Source of the DNA: Chiloscyllium plagiosum
Taxonomy: Eukaryota
Direction: 5' to 3'
NCBI RefSeq assembly: GCF_004010195.1
Contig: NC_057719.1
Span: 57,577,023-57,641,022, forward strand
Length of the DNA: 64,000 bases
The notes under the pieces were generated by a model. The model had not been told where the DNA came from. It did no database searches and saw only the letters and a program-made list of their open reading frames with translations. Of this stretch, positions 12,430 to 25,500 are shown piece by piece; position 1 is the stretch's first letter; every line of letters starts with the position of its first letter. The translations under genes and the position numbers were made by a program.

Positions 12430-12850
12430 AGTTAAATTAGATTAGATATGAGATGACATGAGATGTACATGAGTACAAGAGTACAGGACTGCAGTGAAAT
12501 GTGTACAGTCACCACTCTCTGGCACCATCCTAGAATACAATAGTTAGAATTAAAAACAAGTGCAGAAATTAAAGAAACAGAAACAAATGGAAAAGAAAAT
12601 ATCTATTTCAGCCTCACTGCCGCTGCCACAATGAGTTTTTTATTTTGGCTCATTAATGCTGCTTGCACTGGACCCACTAATGCTGCAAGTCATCATCGCT
12701 GCAATTGCCATTTGGCTGCCAATGCCAGCGCCTTGAGTCCTGCAACTCACTGCCACATGCAACAGACCGCCAACATCAAAGTTGCCATACCCTGGCACCA
12801 TCATTCACCACTGGGCCCAGCTCACCAATGCCACTGCCATCTTGGAATCA
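12430..12850 (-). mobile_element. Degenerate non-autonomous retroelement fragment, related to 42018-42512
   Basis: On the minus strand it has a GC-rich ggcagtgg/ggcccagtg body and an atggtgcc...ttcactg terminal segment, as does 42018-42512. Confidence 0.35.
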
Positions 12851-12977
12851 ATTGAAGTATCAGAGTCCACAATCTTCCTGAACAAATGCAAAAGAGTAAC
12901 CTTTTGAACCAATGTTGATATCAGAGTCACCAACAATGGATTTCAAACTATTGCAAATTATTTGTCCTCTAATACAA

Positions 12978-13555
12978 TCATAGAGTCATAGAGATGTACA
13001 GTACGGAAACAGACCCTTTCGTCCAATTTGTCCATGCCAATCAGAGATCCCACCCCAATCTAGTCCCACCTGCCAGCACCCGGCCCATATCCCTCCAAAT
13101 GCTTTCTATTCATATACCCATCCAGATGTCTTTTAAATGTTGCAATTGTACCAGCCTCCACCACTTCCTCTGGCGGTGCATTCCATACACAATCCACCAT
13201 CTGAGTGAAAAAGTTTCCCCTTAGGTCTCTTTTATATCTTTCCCCTCTCACCCTAAACCTATGCCCTCTAGTTCTGGAGTCCCCCATCCCCGGGAAAAGA
13301 TTTTGTCTATTTATCCAATCCATGCCCCTCATGATTTTATAAACCTCTATAAGGTCATCCCTCAGCCTCTGACGCTCCAAGGAAAACAGCTCTAGCCTAT
13401 TCAATCTCTCCCTATAGCTCAAATCCTTCAACCCTGGAAACATCCTTGTAAATCTTTTCTGAACCCTTGCAAATTTCACAACATCTTTCCAATAGGAAGG
13501 AGACCAGAATTGCACACAATATTCCAAAGTAGCCTAACCAATGTCCTGTACAGCT
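12978..13555 (-). mobile_element. CR1/HER1-type LINE 3' fragment
   Basis: ORF 13060-13527 EYCVQFWSP...RLRDDLIEVYKIMRG...RGHRFRV is the CR1 ORF2 C-terminus; it ends in a (ctatgact)n tail. Confidence 0.92.
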
Positions 13556-14449
13556 GACTTTACATATATTTGTTAGCAAGATACTGGCCTGCAAATAAAG
13601 AAACATTAGCCATCCTTTTTAATATAGTCAAGAGGATTTGTTCAATCTGAAAGCTGTGAAGAACTGCACAGACATAGGAGTCCAGCCAAGGCCATTTATG
13701 GGATCTTTGATGGATGACAGTATTTTTTTAAATTCACATTTGGGAAATGGTATGTTGAATATTTAGAAGTTGTTTAGATATTTGTTGCATTTGTAGCTGG
13801 GAAAATAAACATACACATGGGAAAGATAAAGCAACAATAAGTTGTTGAGATTGGCTTCTGTTTCCCCTCCAGTCTAGGAAATGATTGTTCATAGACTACA
13901 AAACATAGGAACAGGCCCAAATAATTTCTGTTGGTAATTGTACTCCATATGAGCCAAACAATATATTTAAATATATGCATGCTGAATAATTTGTGAACTA
14001 GAGGTTATTTGCCTGAATAATTTGCTTCTAGGTTGTGAACTTTGTGCATCTTTATTCAGCACAAACTTTTAAAAATTGGTCCTTTGTTACTTGGTCCAAC
14101 ATTTGAATTTGCTTATTAGCATTTGCCCATCCATAAAGTATTGTTATTGTCTATTCTTTATTTCACATGTAGTATTTTCAACTATTAATAAACATTATCT
14201 TTCTGATTTCAGAATCAGCTGGATTGGAGCCTTATTCAGTCTATCCATATATATCCTGGTCATGCAGAGTGTGGACAAATAACCACTAAAATATGACAAA
14301 CAATTTATATTTAGTTAGTCTATTCAGATCATGGTGGATCACAACCTTAAAAGCTAAGCAGGTTATTGCTAAAGTAAATGTCACTTGGTAACATTATAAA
14401 TGAGACTGTCCATCTTTTGTTGATAACTGAGACAAAAAGGATTCTAACA

Positions 14450-15600
14450 TTCTCCAATGTCTTTGTGGGCAGGATATTTCTGGACAACGTTTCACATAGT
14501 CAGATGGATGCCAGTATTACAGCTGCACTGAAGCAACTAGGCAAATCCTGGAATACAAATGTAGAACAGGAATGTTGTGAGGGCCCATAGCTTTCGCAGT
14601 ATTCCCTGAGCCATTTTATGCTATAACATGGATTGGATCAAATTGGCTGGAGACTGGGATTTGTGATTCAGGGGACCTCAGATGGAGGTCCCCTGAATGA
14701 TGGAGGTCCACTTGGCAATTTTGGCAAAAGATTGTTACAAATGTTTCAGCCCTATCTTTTGCACAGATATGCTGGGCTCCTCTATTATTGAGAATAGGGA
14801 TGATTGTGAAGTGTCCCCTCTAGTGTGTTGTTTGCTGTACAACACCATTCACGACTGTTTCTGGCATGCTGTCCTCCACTTTTATTAGCCTGTTAATGAA
14901 GACACAGAAAGGGAAATACTGAGCCTGGAGGTTACAGATTCTGGTTAAGCTGCTGCTGGCCTAAGCTTGTCATGAATTTCTAGTTTTGTGTGCTAGATTG
15001 ACTCTAAATTTATCTTATGTAGCACTGTGTTATCATCACTCAAAACAATGGAGAGTATCCTCAGTGTGAAAATGGACCTTGGTCTCCACCAGGACAACGC
15101 AGTTATCATTTCTACCAATACTGTCTGGATGGATTAATGAGGGTGTTTTTTTCTTTTACCCACTTTCTCAAAGTTGGTTTCCTTATCATCCTTTAGGACT
15201 CAGCCAGCTTGGTCAGTGGTGGTGTTACTGAGCCACTTTTGGTGATGCGCATTGAGAAATTCCCTACCGACAATACATTCTGAGCCCTTACTACTCTGCG
15301 TACTTCATCAAAAGAGTATTCACCATAAAAGAGTGCTAATTCATCAACTAGTTGATGCACTGAGACTTCATGAGGTCCAGAGTCAAAATTAGTGATAATG
15401 AGGGCCACACCTTTGGTTAGACACAGTAATGGTATCCAGAGATGGTGAAAGAGCAATCTAAGATATTGGCTGCAATGCTTGATTTCTTGAGTCTGATTAG
15501 CTCAGTCATTCCTTGACTAGGCTATGGGACGGATGTTCTGATTTTGGCATGAGTCCTCAAATGCTAGTGCAGATGAACTTGCAGGGTGGAGTTGACAGGG
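14450..15600 (-). mobile_element. Old L2/CR1-clade LINE fragment (endonuclease region), degenerate
   Basis: The 15193-15456 translation includes AQNVLSVGNF, resembling an APE 'vgDFN' segment, and W..S.TT..AG-like residues in neighbouring frames. Confidence 0.4.
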
Positions 15601-16924
15601 TATGCCTTTGATTTTTTTTTCCAGTGCCCAGAATAGTGCTGGCTATTCATTCTAGTTCAACCTTTATGTCGGAGTTTGACTAATTTGGTATAATGTCCTT
15701 TGGCTGCAGTGGGCCTACACTTCATGTTTAGATTAGATACTTTACAAACGTCTGGATTCAACATTGAGTTCAACAAGTCAAACCATGAATGCTGTCCACT
15801 GTTTGATATGTCAAGCTTTTCTTTTAAGTTAGAGCTGACCTTTACTTTGCTAATCACACTTATTTTTGACCATTCCTTTGTCTCTTCGCTATTACCATCA
15901 CCAGACTTTTGTTGCATGTTAGTTTTGACATCCAATCTCCCTCCTGCTCTAAAGGTTCCTGGGCCTTCTATTTTGTTCTGCATTCCACTTCCCCTTTCAC
16001 AACAGAATAGAACAGATCATTTTTCATTTCTCTTCAATATTGAACAAGAATCATGGCCGACTGGAAAATTTAACTCTCTCTTTTCTCTCCTTGGATGTTG
16101 TCAGGCTTGACCTGTTTATCCACTACTCTCTAATCTCCACCCTCTTGAGTATTTTCCTTTTACAATATGCACGCTTAGTACAAGTAGCTGGAAAAGTATA
16201 AATATAAGTGTTTCGTTTACCTACTTTGAAACCAAACAAAGTCTGGTATGAGAAAGCAGTGAAACCTAATTCTTAATTGTTGACGAGATGCCAGTAAACA
16301 CGTATCACACAATTAAAAGTTGACAGAAGGGAGGCAGAATTATAATAGGGCTGTTTCTGCCGCTTAGTATTACACTTAGTCCAGACATTTCCCCCCCAAA
16401 ATTTCCTTAACGTTCCTGAATGTCAGACAAATGGATCCAAGTTATAAGGAAACTTTCGTAAAATGTTGCACCATTAACCATTTAATTTCCAGCGCTTTCC
16501 AAACGAAGAGGCAACCTTCCGTGGTTTTTGGGATGGCGCCGAATGGATTGATGTGCCAGGACCACTTGGCATCGGAAAGAGGAACAAAATACTTCACTCG
16601 ACGCCTTGTTCTGCGGGTACTGATTTGAGGACTCACGCAGAACACTTTTATTGATTCTGCAGTAGCGGAAAATTCTGCTTGGATTTGCAACGCGGCAAGA
16701 CTGTCGTTTCCCCATCTTTGGGTGAGGAGAAAATGTACGTTGCCAAGGACACAAGCCAAAGTCACCGAGAACTCTACAATTACCTCCAATCAACCTGTTC
16801 AGGCGGATTATAACACACTTCTGGAGCATGACAACTATTCCACAAGACCATTAGAAGGAATACAGTGTTAAATGTTGCCTGCAGGACCGACCAGAGTGGG
16901 ATTCGAACCCACAATGCAGATTAT

Positions 16925-17004
16925 AATGAATTGTAGAAAAGCAGGAGGCGTGACGAACACAGCAAGCTAGGCAGTTTCAGAAGGTGGAGAAGTCAGCGTT
17001 TCAG
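16925..17004 (-). mobile_element. Penelope-like element 3' tail fragment
   Basis: Reverse complement resembles 23360-23420 (cctgaaa.g.tgacttctc.acct.ctga..ctgcct.gcttgctgtgttc). Confidence 0.55.
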
Positions 17005-20000
17005 GTCATAGAGTCATAGAGATGTACAGGATGGAAACAGACCCTTCAGTCCAACCCGTCCATGCCGACCCAATCTAGTCCCAACCTAATCTAGTCCCAC
17101 CTGCCAGCACCTGGCCCATATCCCTCCAAACCTTTCCTATTCATATACCCATCCAAATGCCTCTTAAATGTTGCAATTGTACCAGCCTCCACCACATCCT
17201 CTGGCAGCTCATTCNNNNNNNNNNNNNNNNNNNNNNNNNNNNNNNNNNNNNNNNNNNNNNNNNNNNNNNNNNNNNNNNNNNNNNNNNNNNNNNNNNNNNN
17301 NNNNNNNNNNNNNNNNNNNNNNNNNNNNNNNNNNNNNNNNNNNNNNNNNNNNNNNNNNNNNNNNNNNNNNNNNNNNNNNNNNNNNNNNNNNNNNNNNNNN
17401 NNNNNNNNNNNNNNNNNNNNNNNNNNNNNNNNNNNNNNNNNNNNNNNNNNNNNNNNNNNNNNNNNNNNNNNNNNNNNNNNNNNNNNNNNNNNNNNNNNNN
17501 NNNNNNNNNNNNNNNNNNNNNNNNNNNNNNNNNNNNNNNNNNNNNNNNNNNNNNNNNNNNNNNNNNNNNNNNNNNNNNNNNNNNNNNNNNNNNNNNNNNN
17601 NNNNNNNNNNNNNNNNNNNNNNNNNNNNNNNNNNNNNNNNNNNNNNNNNNNNNNNNNNNNNNNNNNNNNNNNNNNNNNNNNNNNNNNNNNNNNNNNNNNN
17701 NNNNNNNNNNNNNNNNNNNNNNNNNNNNNNNNNNNNNNNNNNNNNNNNNNNNNNNNNNNNNNNNNNNNNNNNNNNNNNNNNNNNNNNNNNNNNNNNNNNN
17801 NNNNNNNNNNNNNNNNNNNNNNNNNNNNNNNNNNNNNNNNNNNNNNNNNNNNNNNNNNNNNNNNNNNNNNNNNNNNNNNNAGTTCTCCCTGTACTCCATG
17901 AGATCTAAGCTTGTTAACCAGTTTCCTATGAGGAACCTTGTCGAACGCCTTACTGAAGTCCATATAGATCATGTCTACTGCTCTGCCCTCATCAATCCTC
18001 TTTGTTACTTCTTCAAAAAATTCAATCAAGTTAGTGAGACATGATTTCCCACACACAAAGCCATGTTGACTATCCCTAATCAGTCCTTGCCTTTCTAAAT
18101 ACTTGTACATCCTGTCCCTCAGGATTCCCTCCACCAATATGTCCACCACTGACATCAGGCTCACTGGTCTATAGTTCCTTGGCTTGTCCTTACCACCTTT
18201 CTTAAACAGTGGTACCGCATTAGCCAACCTCCAGTCTTCCGGCACGTCTCCTGTGAAAATCAATGATACAAATATCTCAGCAAGGGGCCCAGCAATCACT
18301 TCCCTCACTTCTCACAGAGTTCTCGCGTACACCTGATCATGTCCTAGGGATTTATCCACTATTATGTGTTTCAAGACATCCAGCACTTCCTCCTCTATAA
18401 TATGGACATTTTTCAAGATGTCACCATCTATTTCCTTACATTCTATACCTTCCATGTCCTTTTCCACAGTAAATACTGATGCAAAATACTCACTTAGTAT
18501 CTCCCCCATTTTCTACGACTCCACACAAAGGCCGCTTTGCTGATCTTTGGGGGGCCCTATTCTCTCCCTAGTTACCCTTTTGTCCTTAATGTATTTGTAA
18601 AAACCATTTGGATTCTCCTTAATTCTATTTGCCAAAGGTACCTCAAGTCTCATTTTTGCCCTCCTGATTTCCCTCTTAAGTATACTCTGACCACCTTTAT
18701 ACTCTTCTAAGGATTCACTCGATCACTCCTGTCTGTATCTGACATATACTTCCTTCTTTTTCTTAACCAAACCCTCAATTTCTTTAATCATCCAGCATTC
18801 CCTAAACCTACCTTTCACCCTAACAGGAATATGCTTTCTCTAGATTCTTGTTATCTCATTCCTGAAGGCTTCCCATTTTCCAGCCGTCCCTTTACCTGCA
18901 AATGTCTGACCCCAATTAGCTTTTGAAAGTTCTTGCCTAATACCGTCAAAATTAACCTTCCTCTAATTTAGAACTTCAACTTTTAGATCTGGTCTATCTT
19001 TCTCCATCTCTATTTTAAAACAAATAGAATTATGGTCGCTGGCCCCAAAGTGCTCCCCCACTGACACCTCAGTCACCTGCCATGCCTTATTTCCCAAGAG
19101 TAGGTCAAGTTTTGCACCTTCTCTAGTAGGTACATCCACGTACTGAATCAGAAAAGTTTTTGTACACACTTAAAATATTCCTCTCCATCTAAACCCTTAA
19201 CACTAAGGCAGTCTCAGTCTGTGTTTGGAAAGTTAAAATCCCCTACCATAACCACCCTATTATTCTTACAGATAACTGAGATCTCCTTACAAATTTGTTT
19301 CTCAATTTCATGCTGACTATTAAGGGGTCTATAATACAAACCCAATGAGATGATCATCCCTTTCTTATTTCTCAGTTCCATCCAAATAACTTCCCTGGAT
19401 GTATTTCTGTGAATATCCTCCCTCGGTTCAGCTGTGATGCTATCCCTTATCAAAAATGCCACTCCCCCTTCCTCTCTTGCCTCCCTTTCTATCCATCCTG
19501 TAGCACTTGTATCCTGGAACATTAAGCTGCCAGTCCTGCCCATCCCTGAGCCATGTTTCTGTAATTGCTATGATATCCCAGTGCCATGTTCCTAACCATG
19601 CCCTGAGTTCACCTGCCTTCCCCATTCGGCCCCTTGCATTGAAATAAATGCAGTTTAATTTATCAGTCCTACCTTGTTCTCTGCTTTACCTCTGCCGGCC
19701 CTGACTGTTTGAGTCGCTTCTTTTCTGAAGTGTACCACTCTCAGATTGATCTCTTTCCTCACTATCTCTCTGGGCCCCCCCCCTCAACCCCACCATACCT
19801 GTTTAAATCCTACCAAGTGGCTCTAACAAATCTCCCTCACAGTATGTTAGTCCCCTTCCAATTTAGGTGCAATCCGTCCTTCTTGTTCAGGCCGCTTCTA
19901 TCCCAAAAGAGATTCCAATGATCCAAAAATGTGAATCCTTCTCCCCTCCACCAGCTCCTCAGCCATGCATTCATCTGCTCTATCCTCCTATTCCTGCCCT

Positions 20001-20428
20001 CACTAGCTCATAGCACCGGGAGTAATCCAGATATTACTACTCTCGAGGACCTCCTTTTTAAATTCCTGCCTAACTCTCTGCAATCTCTCTTCAGAATCTC
20101 ATCCTTTTCCCTTCCGATGTTGTTAGTTCCAATGTGGACAATGACCTCTTGCTGGGCCCTCTCCCACGTGAGAACATTCTGCACCCTCTCTGAGACATCC
20201 TTGATCCTGGAACCAGGGGGGCAACACACCATTCTGATTTTTTGCTGCTGGCCAGAGAAACATCTGTCTATTCCTCGGACTAGAAAGTTCCCGAACACAA
20301 TTGATCTCTTGGAACCCAACGTACCCCTCATTGCATTGGATCCAATCTCGATAGCACAAACTTGGCTGTTTGTGCGACATTCCCCTGAAAATCCATCACC
20401 CCCTACATTTTCCAAAACAGCATACTGT
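17005..20428 (-). mobile_element. Near full-length CR1/HER1-type LINE (partial ORF1 esterase, APE endonuclease, RT); disrupted and interrupted by an assembly gap
   Basis: ORF1 SGNH-esterase-like IVFGNFLVRGID...VIVHIGTNNIGR (20008-20428). Endonuclease DIIAITETWL and VVMVGDFNFP (18960-19640). RT NYRPVSLMSVV...YMDFSKAFDKVPH. Ends in a ctatgact tail. Stops and frameshifts are present; N gap at 17215-17880. Confidence 0.93.
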
Positions 20429-20679
20429 ATCTTGTAAAGGGTCCACACTGTGGCCATGTACAGCAGTATTGGAAGGACTGAATATTTATTACGGTGTCTT
20501 GGCCCTGATAAGGCAGCCTGCTTTAAATATTCTGATGTTCTAAGGAAAGATATTGGAGCTACACTCATCCCATTAAGTGGAGAGTTTCCCATCACATTCC
20601 TGACTTGTACCATTTGTACAGAACTTTGGGGAGTTGCTCACTGCAAAATCCTGAACCTCCAGCCTGTTATTGTAGCTGC

Positions 20680-21600
20680 AGTATTTCTGTGGATGTTCAG
20701 GTTAACTTCCAATAACTTATAGGATGTGGGCAGTGGGGGTATTTTGAAATGGTGACACAAATTGGGGGTGAGGGAGAACCAGATATTCTCCTCTTATAAA
20801 TTGTTGGTGCCTGCCCTCGGGTGGTGAAAGTGTGAATTACTATGTTGTCAGTCCAAGCATTAACATTGCCCAGTTCCTGCCACATACTGACACAGGTTAC
20901 TTCAGTGTCTGAGGGGGTGCAAATGGGACTGAACTCTGTACAATCATCTGTGAACATTTCCATTCCAATTCTATGACCAAGGGATGTTCATTGATGAAGG
21001 GGGTGAAAACAGCTGATCAGAGGACACGACTCTGAGGAACTGGCCGGTTCTTCTGGTGAAATGGTTGTGTCCATACCTCTGAGCCAGGAGGACTGTGTTC
21101 AAGGCCCCTGATCCAGAGGTGTGAAATAACATCTCTGAACAGGTGGTTTAATAACATCTACTCTGAGGAGCTTTGGGAGTTAAATCGATTGACTTTCAAC
21201 AACAACAACCATTTGCTAGCTGTGAGGCAGAAGAGAATCTCTCTCCTGATTCCCATGGACTGGATGTCCTGGTATCAGCCTCAGTCAGAGCTGCCATCAC
21301 CCTGGGGGAAGTTATTCTCACCTTCTGGAATTCTGCTCTTTAGTCCTTGATTAGACCAATGATCTAATGAGGTAAGAGGTCAAGTTGTCATGGTGGAGTC
21401 TAAATATAGCCTCAGTGAGTAGGAGATCCCTGAGTGAGTGCAGCTTGCTCGCTCTGTGAATGGTTCCTGCCATCACTTTACTGAGGATCGAGAGGAGCCT
21501 GATATACCGGTGATTGTCCGGATGGGATTTGTCATGTTTCTGTTTTGTGGTAAGGATATATCTGAGCAGGTTTTCCACATTCCAGTGTTGCAGCTTGTTG
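20680..21600 (-). mobile_element. Old L2-like LINE RT fragment with an inserted short SINE
   Basis: ORFs MEMFTDDCTEFS (FADD-like motif) and NHRYIRLLSILSKVM (NYRPISLL-like). Confidence 0.7.
21045..21160 (+). mobile_element. ~120-bp tRNA-derived SINE-like element
   Basis: tggtgaaatgg (A-box-like), tgttcaaggcc (B-box-like), tail aacatctctgaacaggtgg. Homologous to 53515-53640 (+) and 44000-44122 (-). Confidence 0.55.
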
Positions 21601-21765
21601 GAATCTGTGTGTGACAATATACACAGGATCCCTCTCACCAATCCCACATCATTTGGAAGTTACCTCAGTTCAATCACTTGAGCTCTTAAAGCAAGAAAGT
21701 TAAATGAATACACAGCTGGTGTGGGATTCAAACAAATAGTGACATTACAAATTGGTGACTAGTTC

Positions 21766-21771
<6 letters not shown>

Positions 21772-21796
<25 letters not shown>
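21772..21796 (+). repeat. (AG)n microsatellite
   Basis: About 12 perfect AG units. Confidence 0.95.
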
Positions 21797-21929
21797 TGTC
21801 TCTCCCAAAGTGAACGTGAGAGAATGATCTGCATTAGGGATTTAAAGGGTGTAATGTACAACACGTTCCAGCTATGGGTCCCACATGGTTAAACACATCA
21901 TCCACACCCACTCCTGTTGTTAGGTACCA

Positions 21930-22110
21930 GTAAAACCGGAATCAGTGGGAATCAGGGAGCAAACTCTCTATTGGTTGGAGTCATATTGGCACATAGGAAG
22001 ATGTGATGTTTATCGGAGGTCAATCATCTCAGCTCCAGGACACCTCTGGAGTTCCTCAGGGTAGTGTCCTTGGCACAACCACCTTCAGCTGCTTCATCAG
22101 TGACATTCTT
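21930..22110 (+). mobile_element. L2/CR1-clade RT fragment
   Basis: SGVPQGSVLGTTTFSCFISD RT motif. Confidence 0.75.
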
Positions 22111-22134
22111 TTAAATTTTAGATTTGATTACTTA

Positions 22135-22800
22135 CGGGGGGAGGGGGGGGGGAATGGTGAGGTAGTGATAGGTGAGCACAGGTTGGTGGGGGAGAGGGAT
22201 GAATCCGGTTGTTTGCGGGAAGGAAGGGTCCATAGGTGGAATGGAAGGGAGGAGAAGGAGGTGGAAAGGGAATCTGGGGGTGGGTGGAATGGTTATTTGA
22301 AATCGGAGAAGTCAATGTTGATCCTCCAGGCTGTAGGCTGCCCAGGCAGAAGATGAGGTGTTGTTCCTCCAATTTGCGGTTTGGTTCATTGTGGCAATAG
22401 AGGAGGCTGAGGATGGTCATGTCGGAGAGGGAGTGGGAAGGGGAATTGAACTGGGCGGTGACTGGGAGGTCAGGCTGGCCCTTGTTGACCTGGCTGAGAT
22501 GCTTGGTGAAACATGCCCTTAGTTTATGTTTGGTCTCACTGACATAGAGAAGACCACATTGGGGGCACCAGATGCAGGAAACTAGGTTGGAGGAGAGGCA
22601 GGTGAACCTCTGCCTCACTTGGAAGGACTGTTTGGGGCCCTGGATGGAGGTGAACCAGCAGGTTTTGCATCTTTTATGGTCACAGGGGAAGGTACTGAGC
22701 AGTTGGGGTGGGGAAGGTTTGGTGTGGTGAAAGGCGCAAATCAAGGAGTAACAAAGGGAATGGTCCCTGCAGATGGTAGGGAGGGGGAAGATTTCTGGGT
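22135..22800 (-). mobile_element. Penelope-like element fragment encoding the GIY-YIG endonuclease region
   Basis: ORF 22118-22744: CDHKRCKTC...FTCLSSNLVSCIWCPQCGLLYVSETKHKLRACFTKH...PVTAQFNSPSHS...RKLEEQHLIFCLGSLQPGG. Confidence 0.9.
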
Positions 22801-22809
22801 TGTGATTCT

Positions 22810-23467
22810 TCCCATGCCACCCTCTCTGCTTTCCACAAGGACCATTCCCTTCATTACTCCTTGGTTTGTGGTCTTCTCTACATCAGTGAGACCAAACGCA
22901 AACTTAGGGAACATTTCGCTGAGCATCTTAGCCTGGCTGGTAAAGCCAGACTGACATCTCAGTCACGGCCCATTCCAATTCCATTCCCATTCCCTCTCCG
23001 ACATGTCCATCCTCAGCCTCATCTATTGCCATAGTGAATCAGACTGCAAATTTGAGGAACAACACCTCATCTTCTGCCTGGGCAGCCTACAGCCCAGAGG
23101 ACTTAGCATTGAGTTCTCCAATTTCAAACAACTTTCCCACCCATCCCTCGACTCCCTTTCCAGCCCCATCTACACCATTCCATTCCACCTACCGACCCTT
23201 CCTTCCAGCTACCAACCAGATTAGCCTTCCTATTGACCAAACAGGTTGTACCCACCACCTGTATTCACCTATCACTACCTCACTGTTCTGCCACTCTCCC
23301 CACCCAAACACCACGCCCCCTCCTTTGTCTGCAGCTCCCCCTAACCCCACTTCCATTCCTGAAATGTTGACTTCTCTACCTCCTGATGCTGCCTGGCTTG
23401 CTGTGTTCTTCCAGCCTCCTGTGTGTCTACTTTGGATTCCAGCATCTGCAGTTTTTTTTTGTCTCTA
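22810..23467 (+). mobile_element. Second Penelope-like copy, inverted relative to the first, with 3' tail
   Basis: MSILSLIYCHSESDCKFEEQHLIFCLGSLQPRGLSIEF, then tail gatgctgcctggcttgctgtgttcttccagc...ttccagcatctgcagtt. Confidence 0.88.
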
Positions 23468-24869
23468 GCCTAGTTATAATGAATTAGCAACCCAGTACCT
23501 TAACCACCTGTCGAGCTGGTACATCGCTAAATGCTTTACTGAAACTTTCATTATCAGCAATACTTGCACATGTTCAGCCATCAATATTTCTATGTTTGTT
23601 ACAGCATTGCTGTGACAAATGTAATATTGCAAATTAAGCCTGAATTTTAGGCATATATTCAGTACACTATCTTGGTGGGTGCTAATATTCTTGCTGATGT
23701 TATACCATTATTTATGACTGCTGGTGAAAATTTGTAACAGGTTCCTGACATGAGCAAGTAACCAGATTGTAATGCATTCATTCCTGAGATATACTGCTGA
23801 CCATCCCTTGCATTGAGATAAATGACAAAAAAGTATGGCACAGTATTTTATTCCTCAGTTAAATTTCCTAAACCCGTGTTGGTGTCATGACATTGCAGCA
23901 CGGTATTATATACTAAAAGTACACATATTTATTTAGGAGTAAAATCATATGTTCATTGTACACTGATAGCACAACTGTTGGGTATGGACTACTACTGTCG
24001 AACCTATAACATTAAAGTACTTTGGTCTGCTCTTTACTAATCTGCTGTATTCCCTACATTTTGGAGCACTCCACTGATATGCATGTGTACATAGAGTACA
24101 AACAGGATACCATATAGCTGGCAGAATGGAAGCACCTCAAGTACTGATTCACCACAGTCAGCAAGTCCATCACTGAGGCATTTTGGAGTGCTATCAACAG
24201 GATGACTATAAAAGTTAAGTGCTGTCGTTGGTCTTGTGTGTTTATGAAGGGTCGGATAAGTGTCAAAGTAAGTGCATTGTCATCTCCAATGGTGCCACAA
24301 ATGTCCAAGGTAATTGGATCAATCACGAAGGTCCCATAACAAATTAGATTTGTTAACCCATCTGAAAATTATTTTCTAATAATAATAACTATGTTTCTAT
24401 GTTTAATGAAATTTGTAAAACAAATCAATGTTACATCTAGATTTAAATACATTTTAACCGAGATTATTCTAAATTTTGGCATTCCATTTACAATATTATC
24501 TTCAGATAGTAATTCCCAAAATAAAATAGAAGATCATCCAGATCAATTTGAATCCCAAGTAGGCTGTAGGACATTCACAACATGATTCACGAGAATAACT
24601 TTTAAGCAGCAATTTGATGGCAAATCTAATATGGAAATTCAACATTTAAAAATCTTAATGGCTGATTTGTAAAATCATGATCGGGCAAGGATTTTTTTTG
24701 TTCTTATTTACATTGAAACACAGTATGTTAACACAAGATCAGTGCCTCAATAATTCAATTAATATCACTTTCTAGTCATTTTCTCCCTCAAGCTTTTATC
24801 TAGTTTTCCTTTACCTGCATTCATGCTATTCATTTCATTTCAATTACTTCTTTAATTTTAATTTTATTC

Positions 24870-25500
24870 ATGGCACCACTGTCATGGTTAATATTTATTG
24901 CTCATCCCTTAAGAAGATGATGTTGAGCTGCTTCCTTTGGTTGCTGCTAAAGTTCTTGGGGTATAGAGACACCCACAGTACTGTTAGGAAGAGTGCTCAA
25001 GGATTCTCATTCAGCCACAATGAAGGAACAGAGATATAGTTTCAAGTCATGGTGCTGCGTGTCTTGGAGGGGAACCTGCAGGAGATTGGCTTCCTTTACA
25101 TGTGCTGCCCTGGTCTTTCTGGGCAGTAGAGATCACTGGTTTATAACATGTTGTCGTAAGAGCTTTGGTGAGTTGCCACAGTGCATTGTATAGATGATAG
25201 ACACTGCAACTAATGTGCATTGATGTTGAAGGGATTGGATGTTGAAAAAGTTCAGCATCTTTTTCGTTACCATGTAGCAGACAATAGGTTATTACTAAGG
25301 AAGTGCTGCTTGGTAGCACTGTCAAAGACCTCTTCCATCACTTTGCTGCTGATCAATAGTAGGCAGTTGGGGTGAATTGTTCTGATTTTGGTGAAAAGGA
25401 CATGCCTGCGGCATTTTCTGTGTTGTTGTGGAGATGCTGGTGCTGTAGCTGTACAGGAACAATTTAGCTTGGGATGTGGCCATTTCTGGAGCGCAAGTCA
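24870..25500 (-). mobile_element. Old L2-like LINE 3' fragment
   Basis: Reverse complement resembles 59130-59220 plus 60040-60243, including the tail (gcagctc...ttaagggatg.gcaataaat). Confidence 0.55.

Noticed and set aside
16431..16829. Overlapping 65-115 aa ORFs in the CpG-retaining island
   Set aside because: No recognisable domain, non-ATG starts for some, and no exon structure.
16880..16915. tRNA gene suggested by GTGGGTTCGAATCCC
   Set aside because: Only a T-arm/B-box fragment; no D-arm, anticodon arm or acceptor stem.
17091..18308. Long ORFs of 246-405 aa
   Set aside because: Artefacts of translating through the N gap within a CR1 element.
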